NCBI GenBank assembly: GCA_036660495.1
Contig: JAVXAN010000003.1
Span: 1 to 35,920, forward strand
Reading direction: 5' to 3'
DNA: 35,920 nt
DNA from: Bacilli bacterium
GTDB taxonomy: Bacteria; Bacillota_I; Bacilli_A; RF39; UBA660
A model generated the notes under the pieces. It was given only the letters and a program-made list of their open reading frames with translations. It did no database searches and was not told the origin of the DNA. Below are positions 1 to 8,780 of this stretch, in pieces. A program made the translations under genes and the position numbers. Every line of letters starts with the position of its first letter. Position 1 is the first letter of the stretch.

Positions 1-320
<320 letters not shown>

Positions 321-371
321 ATATTTTTGAAATTCAATTTTGTCCTAGCTACTCAAAAAACATGACGTTTT

Positions 372-390
372 GCTCAGTTTTCAAAGATCA
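372..390 (-). promoter_or_regulatory. rRNA leader boxA antitermination element
   Basis: The minus strand reads TGATCTTTGAAAACTGAGC, matching the Firmicutes rrn boxA (TCTTTGAAAAC). Confidence 0.8.
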
Positions 391-444
391 TTTTTTCCTT
401 TATTAATAAAGGATTTTTACACTTACTTTTGCAAGTGCGTATTA

Positions 445-530
445 AATATACCATATACAATTCGACCTGTCAACACCTTTTTTCGTTTTTTTTACTTTTT
501 TTTTACTTTTTTGTGTAAATAGCTTTTTTT
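445..530 (-). promoter_or_regulatory. sigma-A rRNA promoter with A-tract UP element
   Basis: TTGACA (473-468), a 17-bp spacer, then TGG-TATATT (450-445, extended -10). Repeated A-tracts lie immediately upstream. Confidence 0.9.
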
Positions 531-545
531 GTATATTTTATATCT

Positions 546-577
546 AAAAAGAGAAGGCTTTTTAGGTTCTTCTCTCT
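546..577 (-). terminator. intrinsic terminator after the DUF402 gene
   Basis: The minus strand has a GAGAAG...CTTCTC hairpin followed by TTTTT. Confidence 0.65.
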
Positions 578-595
578 ATTATATGTAACTTTAAA

Positions 596-1132
596 TTATT
601 TATTTCCTATAATGAGCATATATTTATCATAATACTTCTTGTCTTCATCTTTATTAAACGGGCCGTCTTTTTTTTCGTAAGCAGCAATAAGATTTTTTAG
701 TTCCTTTTTAACAATAAAATCAACTTCATCTGGATAGTTCATCTTTTTACGATGATACTCATACTCTGATTCATCCAGTATTTTATAACTATCGTCTGGG
801 AAAACTCTTAAATCTAGATCATAATCAATATATTTAATATATTTGCCTTCTAATATTGTAGGAGTTGCTATATTACAATAATAGTAAATCCCTTTTTCTT
901 TAAATTGTGTTATGACATTGTACCACTTATCTTTATAATAATAAATTATTGCAGGTTCTTTCGTATACCAAATTCTGCCATCACAGTTGTTTACTTTTGC
1001 TTTACTGTTTCCAAAAACTAAATAGTCCTTATTTACGTCTAATAAGATTGCTTCATCCCAGCTGCGGTGAATAGTACCATCATGCTTGTAACAATGAATG
1101 GTATAGTTATCACCTATTTTCATGTTTTTCAT
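596..1132 (-). CDS. DUF402 family nucleoside tri/diphosphate phosphatase (YgaC/Ntdp-like)
   Basis: Motifs YKHDGTIHRSW, YYCNIATP, YIDYDLDLRVFPD and LDESEY. The start is moved to ATG 1132 because of a GGAG RBS; 1147 is the alternative. Confidence 0.88.
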   Translation of the reverse strand: MKNMKIGDNYTIHCYKHDGTIHRSWDEAILLDVNKDYLVFGNSKAKVNNCDGRIWYTKEPAIIYYYKDKWYNVITQFKEKGIYYYCNIATPTILEGKYIKYIDYDLDLRVFPDDSYKILDESEYEYHRKKMNYPDEVDFIVKKELKNLIAAYEKKDGPFNKDEDKKYYDKYMLIIGNK

Positions 1133-1199
1133 TTTAATTATCTCCATTACTAATTACTATTATACTTTATTTAGAGTAAAACTCAATAAAAAAACTATT

Positions 1200-1372
1200 T
1201 ATTGCAACAGTAAAGTAAAAGTAGACGTTTTATAAAAAAGGCCAGAACCCTAACTTGATTTTATATTAAATTATGGTTTTATATTTTATATGTATGCAAA
1301 TCTCTTATTATAATAAAAAAGCAGATGTTTCTCTTTTTTAGAGAATGTCTACTTTTACAATATCACTTCATT
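1200..1372. mobile_element. putative MITE / non-autonomous inverted-repeat element
   Basis: A 26-bp inverted repeat (1215-1240 vs 1333-1358) has 3 mismatches and a perfect GTAAAAGTAGAC core. AACTATT direct repeats flank it (1193-1199, 1373-1379). A related sequence occurs at 35744-35806. Confidence 0.55.
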
Positions 1373-1383
1373 AACTATTGTTT

Positions 1384-2655
1384 TTATTCGGTTAATTTTT
1401 TTATTGCTGCTTGAAGTTGATTATCATTTTCGGGTGTTGGGTTAGTTTGATAATCCTCATTTAATTTAACTTCAATTGTTGGCTCAACGCCAACGTCGTT
1501 TATCCATTTTCCTTTTGGTGATAGCCATTTTTGAATAGTATATTTAATCATACCACCAGTTTCTAAATCTTTAGTTATTTGAACCGTACCTTTTCCATAA
1601 GTCTTTTCCCCAATTATTGTAGCACCATATTCTTCCTTTAAAGCAATTGCCATAATTTCTGAAGCTGAAGCACTACCACCGTTTGTTAAAACCACTACCG
1701 GATAATTTCTGCTTTCGTTAGTAGTAGAAGAATGTTTGCTTGTTGTTTTTTGATCAACTATTTGGTAACAAACGGTCCCTTTTTTTAAAAACATATCTAA
1801 CATTTGGGTTACCGAATGTAAATATCCACCAGAGTTTCCCCTTACATCAATTATTAGCGAATCAATATTAGATCCTTCTAATTCTTTAAGCTTATCTCTA
1901 AACTGTAGATAGGTGTTATTTGCAAATGTATTAATTGAAATATATCCAATTTTTTTATTTGAAATATTATACGTGCTTGTTTCTACTGATTCAATAGTTA
2001 TTAATCTTTTAGAGATTTCAAATTTTTTTGTTTCCTCTCCTCTTTTAATTGTTAACTTTGTCACAGGAATTTTTGGATCTTTTATCATTGTTACAATTTC
2101 AGTAGTTGTTTTATCTTTTGACGAAACTCCATTCACGTTTAATATAACATCATTAAATTTCAATCCACTTTCTGCAGCTGGAGAATTTTTAAATACTGAG
2201 AACACAAATATTTCATTATTCTTATTTAAAGCTATTTCCGCCCCAATGCCCTCGTATGCACCGCTCATTACTGCATTAAAGTTTTCTTTTTCCGATTTTT
2301 CAAAATAACTAGTATGTGGATCCTTTAATGATGTTATCATTCCATTTATAGCACCATTTACAAGTTCTTTTTTATTAACTTCTTTATAATACGAATTATT
2401 AATTAAATCATATATCTCTTTAATTACATCTAATTCTTCATTAGATGTAACTTCTTTATTTGTAATGAAATCACCGTTTCTCACTTTATCATTAACAACA
2501 ACAGTACTAAATATTGCTATTGAAACTAAAAACACGCCAATTATAATTAACTGGTACAATTTAAAATTACTTCTTTTGTTGATTTTAATATTTATTGATT
2601 TTATATGATTTTCCATTACTTCATTTATTGATTTTTTATTTTTGCTTTTTTTCAT
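1384..2655 (-). CDS. S41 family C-terminal processing peptidase (CtpA/CtpB-like), N-terminal TM plus PDZ domain
   Basis: LKDPHTSY, YEGIGA (PDZ), IIDVRGNSGG, SASASE (catalytic Ser), GKGTVQ (catalytic Lys), GVEP. Confidence 0.93.
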   Translation of the reverse strand: MKKSKNKKSINEVMENHIKSINIKINKRSNFKLYQLIIIGVFLVSIAIFSTVVVNDKVRNGDFITNKEVTSNEELDVIKEIYDLINNSYYKEVNKKELVNGAINGMITSLKDPHTSYFEKSEKENFNAVMSGAYEGIGAEIALNKNNEIFVFSVFKNSPAAESGLKFNDVILNVNGVSSKDKTTTEIVTMIKDPKIPVTKLTIKRGEETKKFEISKRLITIESVETSTYNISNKKIGYISINTFANNTYLQFRDKLKELEGSNIDSLIIDVRGNSGGYLHSVTQMLDMFLKKGTVCYQIVDQKTTSKHSSTTNESRNYPVVVLTNGGSASASEIMAIALKEEYGATIIGEKTYGKGTVQITKDLETGGMIKYTIQKWLSPKGKWINDVGVEPTIEVKLNEDYQTNPTPENDNQLQAAIKKLTE

Positions 2656-2695
2656 TATCCTGACCTCCGCATATTAAAAGTATAACATAAATACC

Positions 2696-2722
2696 AAAAA
2701 AAAAGTAACAAAAAGTTACTTT
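2696..2722 (-). terminator. intrinsic terminator
   Basis: AAAGTAAC-N5-GTTACTTT hairpin with a long T run on the minus strand. Confidence 0.65.
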
Positions 2723-2728
2723 AATACG

Positions 2729-3733
2729 TTATTTCCCTACTGGTAATGTTGCAACAGATTGTGCTACTTGAATTAATTCGCTAGTAGATAAAGTGCTAGA
2801 AACCAAATAGTATTCAATGTTATCGCTTATCCAGTTAACTGACGAATCGCCTATTATTGCAACTGTATCAGTTATCATATCTAAATCACCAGACGTTGGA
2901 ATAATTGTTATATCTTCACTTTTACTAGCGCTTTCCTCAACCAACATAAAGGATTGTTCTCCTGCAAAAGTCAAAATTATTCTTGATCCCTTATCTAAAT
3001 CAATTGTTTTTTCAGTTTCTAAATAAGTTCCTTCAGGCATGTACATTGGGTATATTGCTTCTTCTAATATGGTCGTTTTATCTTCTGCTGGTTTTGCATC
3101 TGAAGCTGTTTTCATGTTCTCTTCTAATACAAAATAATCATTTTTAAATTTTGCTTTTAAATCAACACTTTTAAATGATACTCTTATTTGAGCAACATCT
3201 GAAGAATTATATACTACGACTTCTTTAAAGTTTAAATTTTTATCTAGAAACACCTCTTGTTTTACTAAAGTAGGGTTGTTTTTATAATTAACGGTACTAG
3301 AAAAAACATAACCTTTTTTTACTTCTTTCATAATCATTTTAGTATCAGCTTTTATATCATTTATTATAGATTGTAATAGATATGCTTGTGAATTGTTATA
3401 AGGCCACTTACTTTGAAATTTGAAACTCTTGTTTAAGGAAGGCGTTAATACGTACACACCCTCATTATTTTTAAGAATAATTTGCTCGTGATTATTAGTT
3501 TTATTTTTTAAAGATACTCTGTAATTATCTGATTTTTTGTAAGATACTAATACGTCATATTTGTATGAATCATCATTATTTATTAATTCCATCATTGCTT
3601 CTAATTGATATCCTTTTAAATTAGATACTTTTTTATCCAATTTATTAATTACCGTAGTTTTATCATCTTTACCACATCCTGTTAATGAAATGGTACAAAA
3701 CAAAACCAATAAAAGTCCAAAAAACTTTTTCAT
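2729..3733 (-). CDS. LolA-fold lipoprotein, YdcC/SsdC-like sporulation protein
   Basis: Lipobox LTGC. The segment EQIILKNNEGVYVLTPSLNKSFKFQSKWPYNNSQAYL is characteristic of the Bacillus YdcC family, as is the C-terminal PMYMPEG...LSTSELIQVAQS. Confidence 0.82.
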   Translation of the reverse strand: MKKFFGLLLVLFCTISLTGCGKDDKTTVINKLDKKVSNLKGYQLEAMMELINNDDSYKYDVLVSYKKSDNYRVSLKNKTNNHEQIILKNNEGVYVLTPSLNKSFKFQSKWPYNNSQAYLLQSIINDIKADTKMIMKEVKKGYVFSSTVNYKNNPTLVKQEVFLDKNLNFKEVVVYNSSDVAQIRVSFKSVDLKAKFKNDYFVLEENMKTASDAKPAEDKTTILEEAIYPMYMPEGTYLETEKTIDLDKGSRIILTFAGEQSFMLVEESASKSEDITIIPTSGDLDMITDTVAIIGDSSVNWISDNIEYYLVSSTLSTSELIQVAQSVATLPVGK

Positions 3734-3760
3734 TCATTCACCTCTTTTTATTTTCATTTA

Positions 3761-3788
3761 ATTATATGGCTTAATTTTTCCATTATTC
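3761..3788 (-). promoter_or_regulatory. possible sigma-E-type promoter for the ydcC-like gene
   Basis: The minus strand reads GAATAAT-13 bp-CATATAAT, which resembles the sigma-E consensus. The AT-rich background weakens the call. Confidence 0.4.
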
Positions 3789-3841
3789 ATGTATAAAAGA
3801 ACTTTTTTTGATTATTATATTAATAGAAAAAGGAGGTAATC

Positions 3842-4048
3842 ATGAAAATTTTACAAATCATTGCTTTAACCGTAGTTATTGTTGGGGCTTTAAATTGGGG
3901 CTTGATTGGGATTTTTGATTTCGACTTAGTTGCTGCAATATTTGGTGGTGCAAGTGCGCTAGGCTCAAAAATTGTATATGCTGTTGTTGGTATATGTGGG
4001 ATTGTTAGTATAAAAACGCTAGCAGAATTGATAAATGATGTTGATTAA
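3842..4048 (+). CDS. DUF378 small membrane protein (YuzA-like)
   Basis: IVGALNWGLIGIFDFDLVAAIFG signature and a strong AAGGAGGT RBS. Confidence 0.92.
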   Translation: MKILQIIALTVVIVGALNWGLIGIFDFDLVAAIFGGASALGSKIVYAVVGICGIVSIKTLAELINDVD

Positions 4049-4078
4049 AAAAACAGTTTAAATAAAACTGTTTTTTTT
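4047..4078. terminator. bidirectional terminator between convergent DUF378 and truA
   Basis: AAAAAAACAGTTT-loop-AAACTGTTTTTTT. Confidence 0.75.
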
Positions 4079-4804
4079 ATAATTTATCTTTACAAGGGTT
4101 AGTCCCTCTGGCGGAGCAGTAACTCCTATTAATCTTCGATCTTTTTTATCAATATATTCTGGAATACAAGTTGCATTTGATTTACCTTCACCAATTTTTA
4201 TAAATAATCCAATCATATTTCTTACTTGATATTTTAAAAAACCTGATCCTAAAAAAGTAATGCTTAATACGTTTTTAGAAACAGAAACTTTTATTTTATC
4301 AATTGTTCTCACCATGTTTTTTCTTAAATCCTGGCTCGATGCAAAAGTAGTAAAATCATGGGTTCCTTCAAGATACTTTGCCGCTTGTTTAATTTTGTTT
4401 ACATTTAACTCTTTTCCATATTGAAATACATATTTTCTTTCAAGTGGATTATACAATCCCATGTTTATTCTATATTCATATAATTTTGATTTTACCATGT
4501 ACCTAGCGTGAAAATCATCTTTAACGATAACTACATCGTTTATTCTAATGTCGCTTGGTAGATAGCTGTTTAAGGCACCTTTAAGCTTAACTGGTGATAT
4601 GTTAGTATCAAAATCAAAATGAGCCATTTGATGAAGAGCATTAACCTTAGCATCAGTTCTTCCAGCCGGAAATATAATTACTTGCCTATTATTAATAGAA
4701 GTAAGAACTTTTTCTATTTCATTTTGAACAGTCCTTAAACCTGGCTGTTTTTGAATGCCATAAAACTCTGAACCATCATATGAAAAGTCTATTAAATATC
4801 TCAT
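4058..4804 (-). CDS. truA: tRNA pseudouridine(38-40) synthase
   Basis: SYDGSEFYG, AGRTD (catalytic Asp), FHARY, GFLKYQVR, APPEGL. It sits in the conserved position after ecfT. Confidence 0.96.
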   Translation of the reverse strand: MRYLIDFSYDGSEFYGIQKQPGLRTVQNEIEKVLTSINNRQVIIFPAGRTDAKVNALHQMAHFDFDTNISPVKLKGALNSYLPSDIRINDVVIVKDDFHARYMVKSKLYEYRINMGLYNPLERKYVFQYGKELNVNKIKQAAKYLEGTHDFTTFASSQDLRKNMVRTIDKIKVSVSKNVLSITFLGSGFLKYQVRNMIGLFIKIGEGKSNATCIPEYIDKKDRRLIGVTAPPEGLTLVKINYKKNSFI

Positions 4805-5548
4805 TTATATTATCCACCCCAAACTTATTACTAAATATAAAAGTATTACTTCAGCCAATAAAAATATTTTACCTTCTTTTGTTTCTTTATATCCATGATA
4901 ATTTGTTCTATTTGTAACGCACCCATAAAATCTTAGTTTCATGGCTTTTTTTACCTTAACAGCCCGTTTATAAGATAGTACTGTAACTGGTATAACCATT
5001 TTATTAACAATTAAAATTGGATTACTATTATATGGCAACCCTCTATATGCCATTGATTTTCTAATTGTTTTAAACTGTTCAAATAATGTTGCAGTAAACT
5101 TAACAGTAGCAGCACAACTTAAAGCTATCTTAGCAACAGGAACTTTTAGCTTTTTTAACTTTGAAAATAGCCCTTCTATTCCCCAAGCAATTTCACTAAT
5201 AGAAGTAGTAAAAGTAATAATTAACAAATTCATTACTATTAAAATAAATTTTACTGAAATAATCATTGAAATTAATAAATCAAACGTAATAAAGAAAGTA
5301 ATAACATAAATTATAACAATAAACCATACTACTTCTAGCAAATTTAATCCGTACTGCTTTAAAGAAATTTGTGATCCTATCATAATAATACCCAAAAGAA
5401 TAACATATAACATGAAGCATAAAGGGTCCTTAATTAAAACAATAATTAATAACGATAGCAGCAGACACATAATTTTCAGCTTTGAACTCATTTTATGTAC
5501 TTTTGAATCTCCAGGAACATACTTAAAAAACGGATATTTATTTTGCAT
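4805..5548 (-). CDS. ecfT: ECF transporter transmembrane component T
   Basis: YVPGDSKVH N-terminus, hydrophobic helices, TFTTS, and two Arg motifs (AYRG, MKLRFY). It follows two ECF ATPases. Confidence 0.88.
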   Translation of the reverse strand: MQNKYPFFKYVPGDSKVHKMSSKLKIMCLLLSLLIIVLIKDPLCFMLYVILLGIIMIGSQISLKQYGLNLLEVVWFIVIIYVITFFITFDLLISMIISVKFILIVMNLLIITFTTSISEIAWGIEGLFSKLKKLKVPVAKIALSCAATVKFTATLFEQFKTIRKSMAYRGLPYNSNPILIVNKMVIPVTVLSYKRAVKVKKAMKLRFYGCVTNRTNYHGYKETKEGKIFLLAEVILLYLVISLGWII

Positions 5549-6383
5549 TTTCGACCACCGCCCTTACCAGCTCATTTATATTATTAGGATTTTTCAACGT
5601 AATTCCTACTTCTTCTTGTAATACTTTTTCAAACCTAATAATGTTTGGAATTGGTGCATTATTTTTATAAAGTAAATCATAATTATCAAGAAATTTATTC
5701 TTATTAAACTCACCAATTAAATTCCCTTTATTTAACACAATAACGTTATCAACAATTGGATAAAGCATATCAATATCATGAGTTACTATAATAATTGTTT
5801 TAAAATATCTTACTTTTAGTGCTTTTAATAACTTCATTAAACTTTTTTTACCATTAGCATCAAGACCAATAGTTGGTTCATCTAGTATTAAAACCTTTGG
5901 ATTCGATATTAAAACCGAAGCAATTGCAACAAGCCTTTTTTCACCACCATTTAAATTAAACGGGTTTCGGTAAAGATAGCTTTCATCTAATCCAACAATT
6001 TTTAACGCTTTAATAGTTCTTTGTTTGATTGATCCAGCATTCTGCTTAAATATCTTTGCCGAAAAAGACACTTCTTCTCCTACCGTACTACAAAAAAATT
6101 GTTTTTCTGGAAATTGGTATACTAATCCAACATCGTACCTAAAAACATTAAAGTTGTTTTTAATTTTTGACAAATTATATTTTCCTATAATCACTTCGCC
6201 ATTACTTGGCATAGTAATACCATTCATTAGTTCTAATAAAGTTGATTTACCACTTCCAATTGGACCAATAATGCCATGAATTTTATTGCTATCTAAACAC
6301 AAATTAATGTTCTTTAAAGCCTCCCTTTCACCTTTCATACCTTTGTTATACGTAAAACTTACGTTTCTAAAAATTATTTCCAT
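5538..6383 (-). CDS. ecfA2: ECF transporter ATPase A2 (A')
   Basis: Walker A GPIGSGKST, VYQFPEKQ, NPFNLNGGEKR, Walker B LILDEPT, VTHD. Confidence 0.92.
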   Translation of the reverse strand: MEIIFRNVSFTYNKGMKGEREALKNINLCLDSNKIHGIIGPIGSGKSTLLELMNGITMPSNGEVIIGKYNLSKIKNNFNVFRYDVGLVYQFPEKQFFCSTVGEEVSFSAKIFKQNAGSIKQRTIKALKIVGLDESYLYRNPFNLNGGEKRLVAIASVLISNPKVLILDEPTIGLDANGKKSLMKLLKALKVRYFKTIIIVTHDIDMLYPIVDNVIVLNKGNLIGEFNKNKFLDNYDLLYKNNAPIPNIIRFEKVLQEEVGITLKNPNNINELVRAVVENAK

Positions 6384-7180
6384 AAGTTCACCACTAAACT
6401 TCTCATATCTAAATTAAAGTTATTATTAGGCTTATATAATTTTAATTTGCGATTTAACTCAATCATAAAAGGTACTTCTAAGCCTATTTTTCTCATTATT
6501 CTTTCTTCTTCAAATATTTCAGGAAAACTACCATCAATTATTATTTTCCCATCGTTTAAAATTATTAATCGGTCTGAATACAAAGTTTCATCTAAGTTAT
6601 TAGTTAAAGATATTATGGTAATCCTTTTTTCCTTGTTTATTTTTTTTAAAATTTCTAGCATTTCAACTTGTTCATTTGAATCTAGCATTGAAAGTAATTC
6701 ATCTAAAATCAGAATTCTAGGTTCTAACATTAGAGCTGAAGCTAAAGCAACCTTTTGCTTTTCACCACCGCTTAAATTTAAAGGTGAACATTTGAGTAAA
6801 CTTTTTATGTTTAGTAGCGTAGATATTTCTTCTAATTTCTTTTTTATCATTGATTTTCTTACCGCAATGTTTTCTAACGAAAAAGCCAATTCATCTTCTA
6901 CCGTTTCTGCGACAAAATAGTTTTCTGGGTTTTCAAAAACAAATCCGATTTCTTTTCTTATTTCAAGTGAATTTAACTTGTTGTATTTTTTTCCAAATAT
7001 TTTTATATCAGCGTGAGTTTTAATAATTCCTGATAAAACTTTTATTAAAGTTGTTTTCCCTGCCCCATTAGGGCCTGCAATAGTAATCCATGAACCTTTT
7101 TCAACTTTTAAATTGAATTTATCATATACAAATTTCTTTTTATATCGTACCATTAAATTATCAATGCTTAAAATTTCCAT
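6374..7180 (-). CDS. ecfA1: ECF transporter ATPase A1
   Basis: Walker A GPNGAGKTT, VFENPEN, AFSLEN, LSGGEKQKV, LILDE, GLEVPF. Confidence 0.92.
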   Translation of the reverse strand: MEILSIDNLMVRYKKKFVYDKFNLKVEKGSWITIAGPNGAGKTTLIKVLSGIIKTHADIKIFGKKYNKLNSLEIRKEIGFVFENPENYFVAETVEDELAFSLENIAVRKSMIKKKLEEISTLLNIKSLLKCSPLNLSGGEKQKVALASALMLEPRILILDELLSMLDSNEQVEMLEILKKINKEKRITIISLTNNLDETLYSDRLIILNDGKIIIDGSFPEIFEEERIMRKIGLEVPFMIELNRKLKLYKPNNNFNLDMRSLVVNLWK

Positions 7181-7223
7181 AAGATCACCTCCAAATATAA
7201 TGGTTTATTATACTAGAAAAAAG

Positions 7224-7248
7224 AAAAAAAAGCTATAGTTAGCTTTTA
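7224..7248 (-). terminator. probable terminator after the prepilin gene
   Basis: AAAAGCTA-N4-TAGCTTTT with a T run on the minus strand. Confidence 0.55.
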
Positions 7249-7319
7249 ATAAGCAAGTCATGTTTTAAAGGTTGTTACCACTGATATACTATTATTTACT
7301 AAACTGTACCATTTGTTTT

Positions 7320-7781
7320 TTAAAAATCTCTAACGCCACTATATCCATCCGTTTCATACGATTTACAGCTTATAAATCCTTTAAAGTCATATTTTTTGTT
7401 ATTATACCTTATCCCAACATACCCATTACAATATGAATTTGCCTTAGGATCAGAAATTTTTGCTTTACCATCAATAAGTTTTATACCTTTAAGGTATTCA
7501 TTATTATATAAAAATTCTAAATTAGCATCAGTTAGCCAAACCCCTGAAGATGTTTTTGCCCTTCCTAACATTTTACCTTCATCTGACTCAGGGAAAATTG
7601 TTCCATGGCTATATATTGCTGTTCCCATATCAAATAATTGCTTTTCTAAAATTTTATATTCTTCTTTTCTTGCTGATTTAAGACTACTATTTATAGAAAT
7701 AGTTGAAATTATCATTATAATTGATAAAACAACAATAACTGCAATAAGTTCAATTAGTGTGAAACCATTGTTTTTTTTCAT
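7320..7781 (-). CDS. type IV prepilin / pseudopilin-like protein
   Basis: Class III signal peptide MKKNNG|FTLIE with Glu5, a hydrophobic helix, and two C-terminal Cys (C118, C139). Confidence 0.9.
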   Translation of the reverse strand: MKKNNGFTLIELIAVIVVLSIIMIISTISINSSLKSARKEEYKILEKQLFDMGTAIYSHGTIFPESDEGKMLGRAKTSSGVWLTDANLEFLYNNEYLKGIKLIDGKAKISDPKANSYCNGYVGIRYNNKKYDFKGFISCKSYETDGYSGVRDF

Positions 7782-7782
7782 T

Positions 7783-8529
7783 TTATTTCTCCTTTTTCTT
7801 TTGAATTAAATAATTTATTTTTAATAGGAATTTAAGAGGTATAAATTTACTAAAAAAAACACCAATTTTAACAGTTATCCCTGGGATTATTATCAGTTTA
7901 TTTTTAAACATTTTCTTAACAGCGTAATCTGCTACATATTTACTCGTTAAGCTTTTAACTGAAAAACTAACATTAGCAACATTATTAAAATTAGTGTCAA
8001 CCGGTCCAGGGCATAAAACCGACACTGTAACGTTTGATTTTTCTTTTCTAAGTTCTTCATATATTGCCGTTGTTATTCTAAATACATATGATTTTGTTGC
8101 ATAGTATGTGCTCATAAGTGGCCCTGGTAAAAAAGCGGCAGAAGATGCTACGTTCAATATATAACCATTATCTGCTTTTTTCATGCTTTTTAAATATAAC
8201 TTTGTTAATACATGAACCGCTTTTATATTTAAATCAATCATATTTAACTCTTTTTCTAAATTTACCATATCAAAAGCCCCAAACAAACCAAAACCAGCAT
8301 TATTAATTAAAATATCTACTTTATTATAAGCTTTATATAAATCATAACAATTTTGTTCTATTGATAAATCCATTGCTACAATTTCTACTTCTGTTTTACA
8401 TAACTTTTGAACTTCCTTAAGACCTTTCAAATCTCTTGCCACTAATACTAAATCGTAACCTTTATTACTTAAGTTAATAGCAAAATCTTTTCCAATACCA
8501 CTGCTTGCACCCGTAATTAGCGCTTTCAT
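7783..8529 (-). CDS. short-chain dehydrogenase/reductase (classical SDR)
   Basis: TGASSGIG, NNAG, NVAS, catalytic YYATK, CPGP. Confidence 0.93.
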   Translation of the reverse strand: MKALITGASSGIGKDFAINLSNKGYDLVLVARDLKGLKEVQKLCKTEVEIVAMDLSIEQNCYDLYKAYNKVDILINNAGFGLFGAFDMVNLEKELNMIDLNIKAVHVLTKLYLKSMKKADNGYILNVASSAAFLPGPLMSTYYATKSYVFRITTAIYEELRKEKSNVTVSVLCPGPVDTNFNNVANVSFSVKSLTSKYVADYAVKKMFKNKLIIIPGITVKIGVFFSKFIPLKFLLKINYLIQKKKEK

Positions 8530-8751
8530 ATTATCACCTATTTTGATTATACAATATTATTAATAAATAATCAAAAAAAATTGTTGTTTAAAGTGTATTT
8601 TTATTTTAACATTGATATTTATTCTTAACTTGTACTTTAAATATACGTAAGAGTCAATGCTTTTTCTAGTGCATTATCCATGATTCAACAGTAATTATGC
8701 ATAATATATTAAAAATTTTTGATATTAATGTTGCCTTTTTACTAATAAATT

Positions 8752-8774
8752 AAAAAAAGGAACTAGTGCTCCTT
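8752..8774 (-). terminator. terminator of the alpha operon
   Basis: The minus strand reads AAGGAGC-ACTA-GTTCCTT-TTTTT just after the rplQ stop. Confidence 0.7.
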
Positions 8775-8780
8775 AATTTA

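Noticed and set aside
508-522. TTTTGTGTAAATAG resembling an insertion-sequence end
   Set aside because: It is a single short match inside the rrn upstream A-tract region, with no partner repeat or transposase.
7262-7290. Plus-strand TGATATACT extended -10 pointing antisense into the prepilin gene
   Set aside because: The -35 is poor and such motifs are frequent by chance in AT-rich DNA. It cannot be supported without transcript data.
8530-8750. About 220-bp AT-rich gap with TTGACT-N17-TACAAG on the minus strand, as a possible sRNA
   Set aside because: The -10 is imperfect, and no convincing stable structure or ORF was found.
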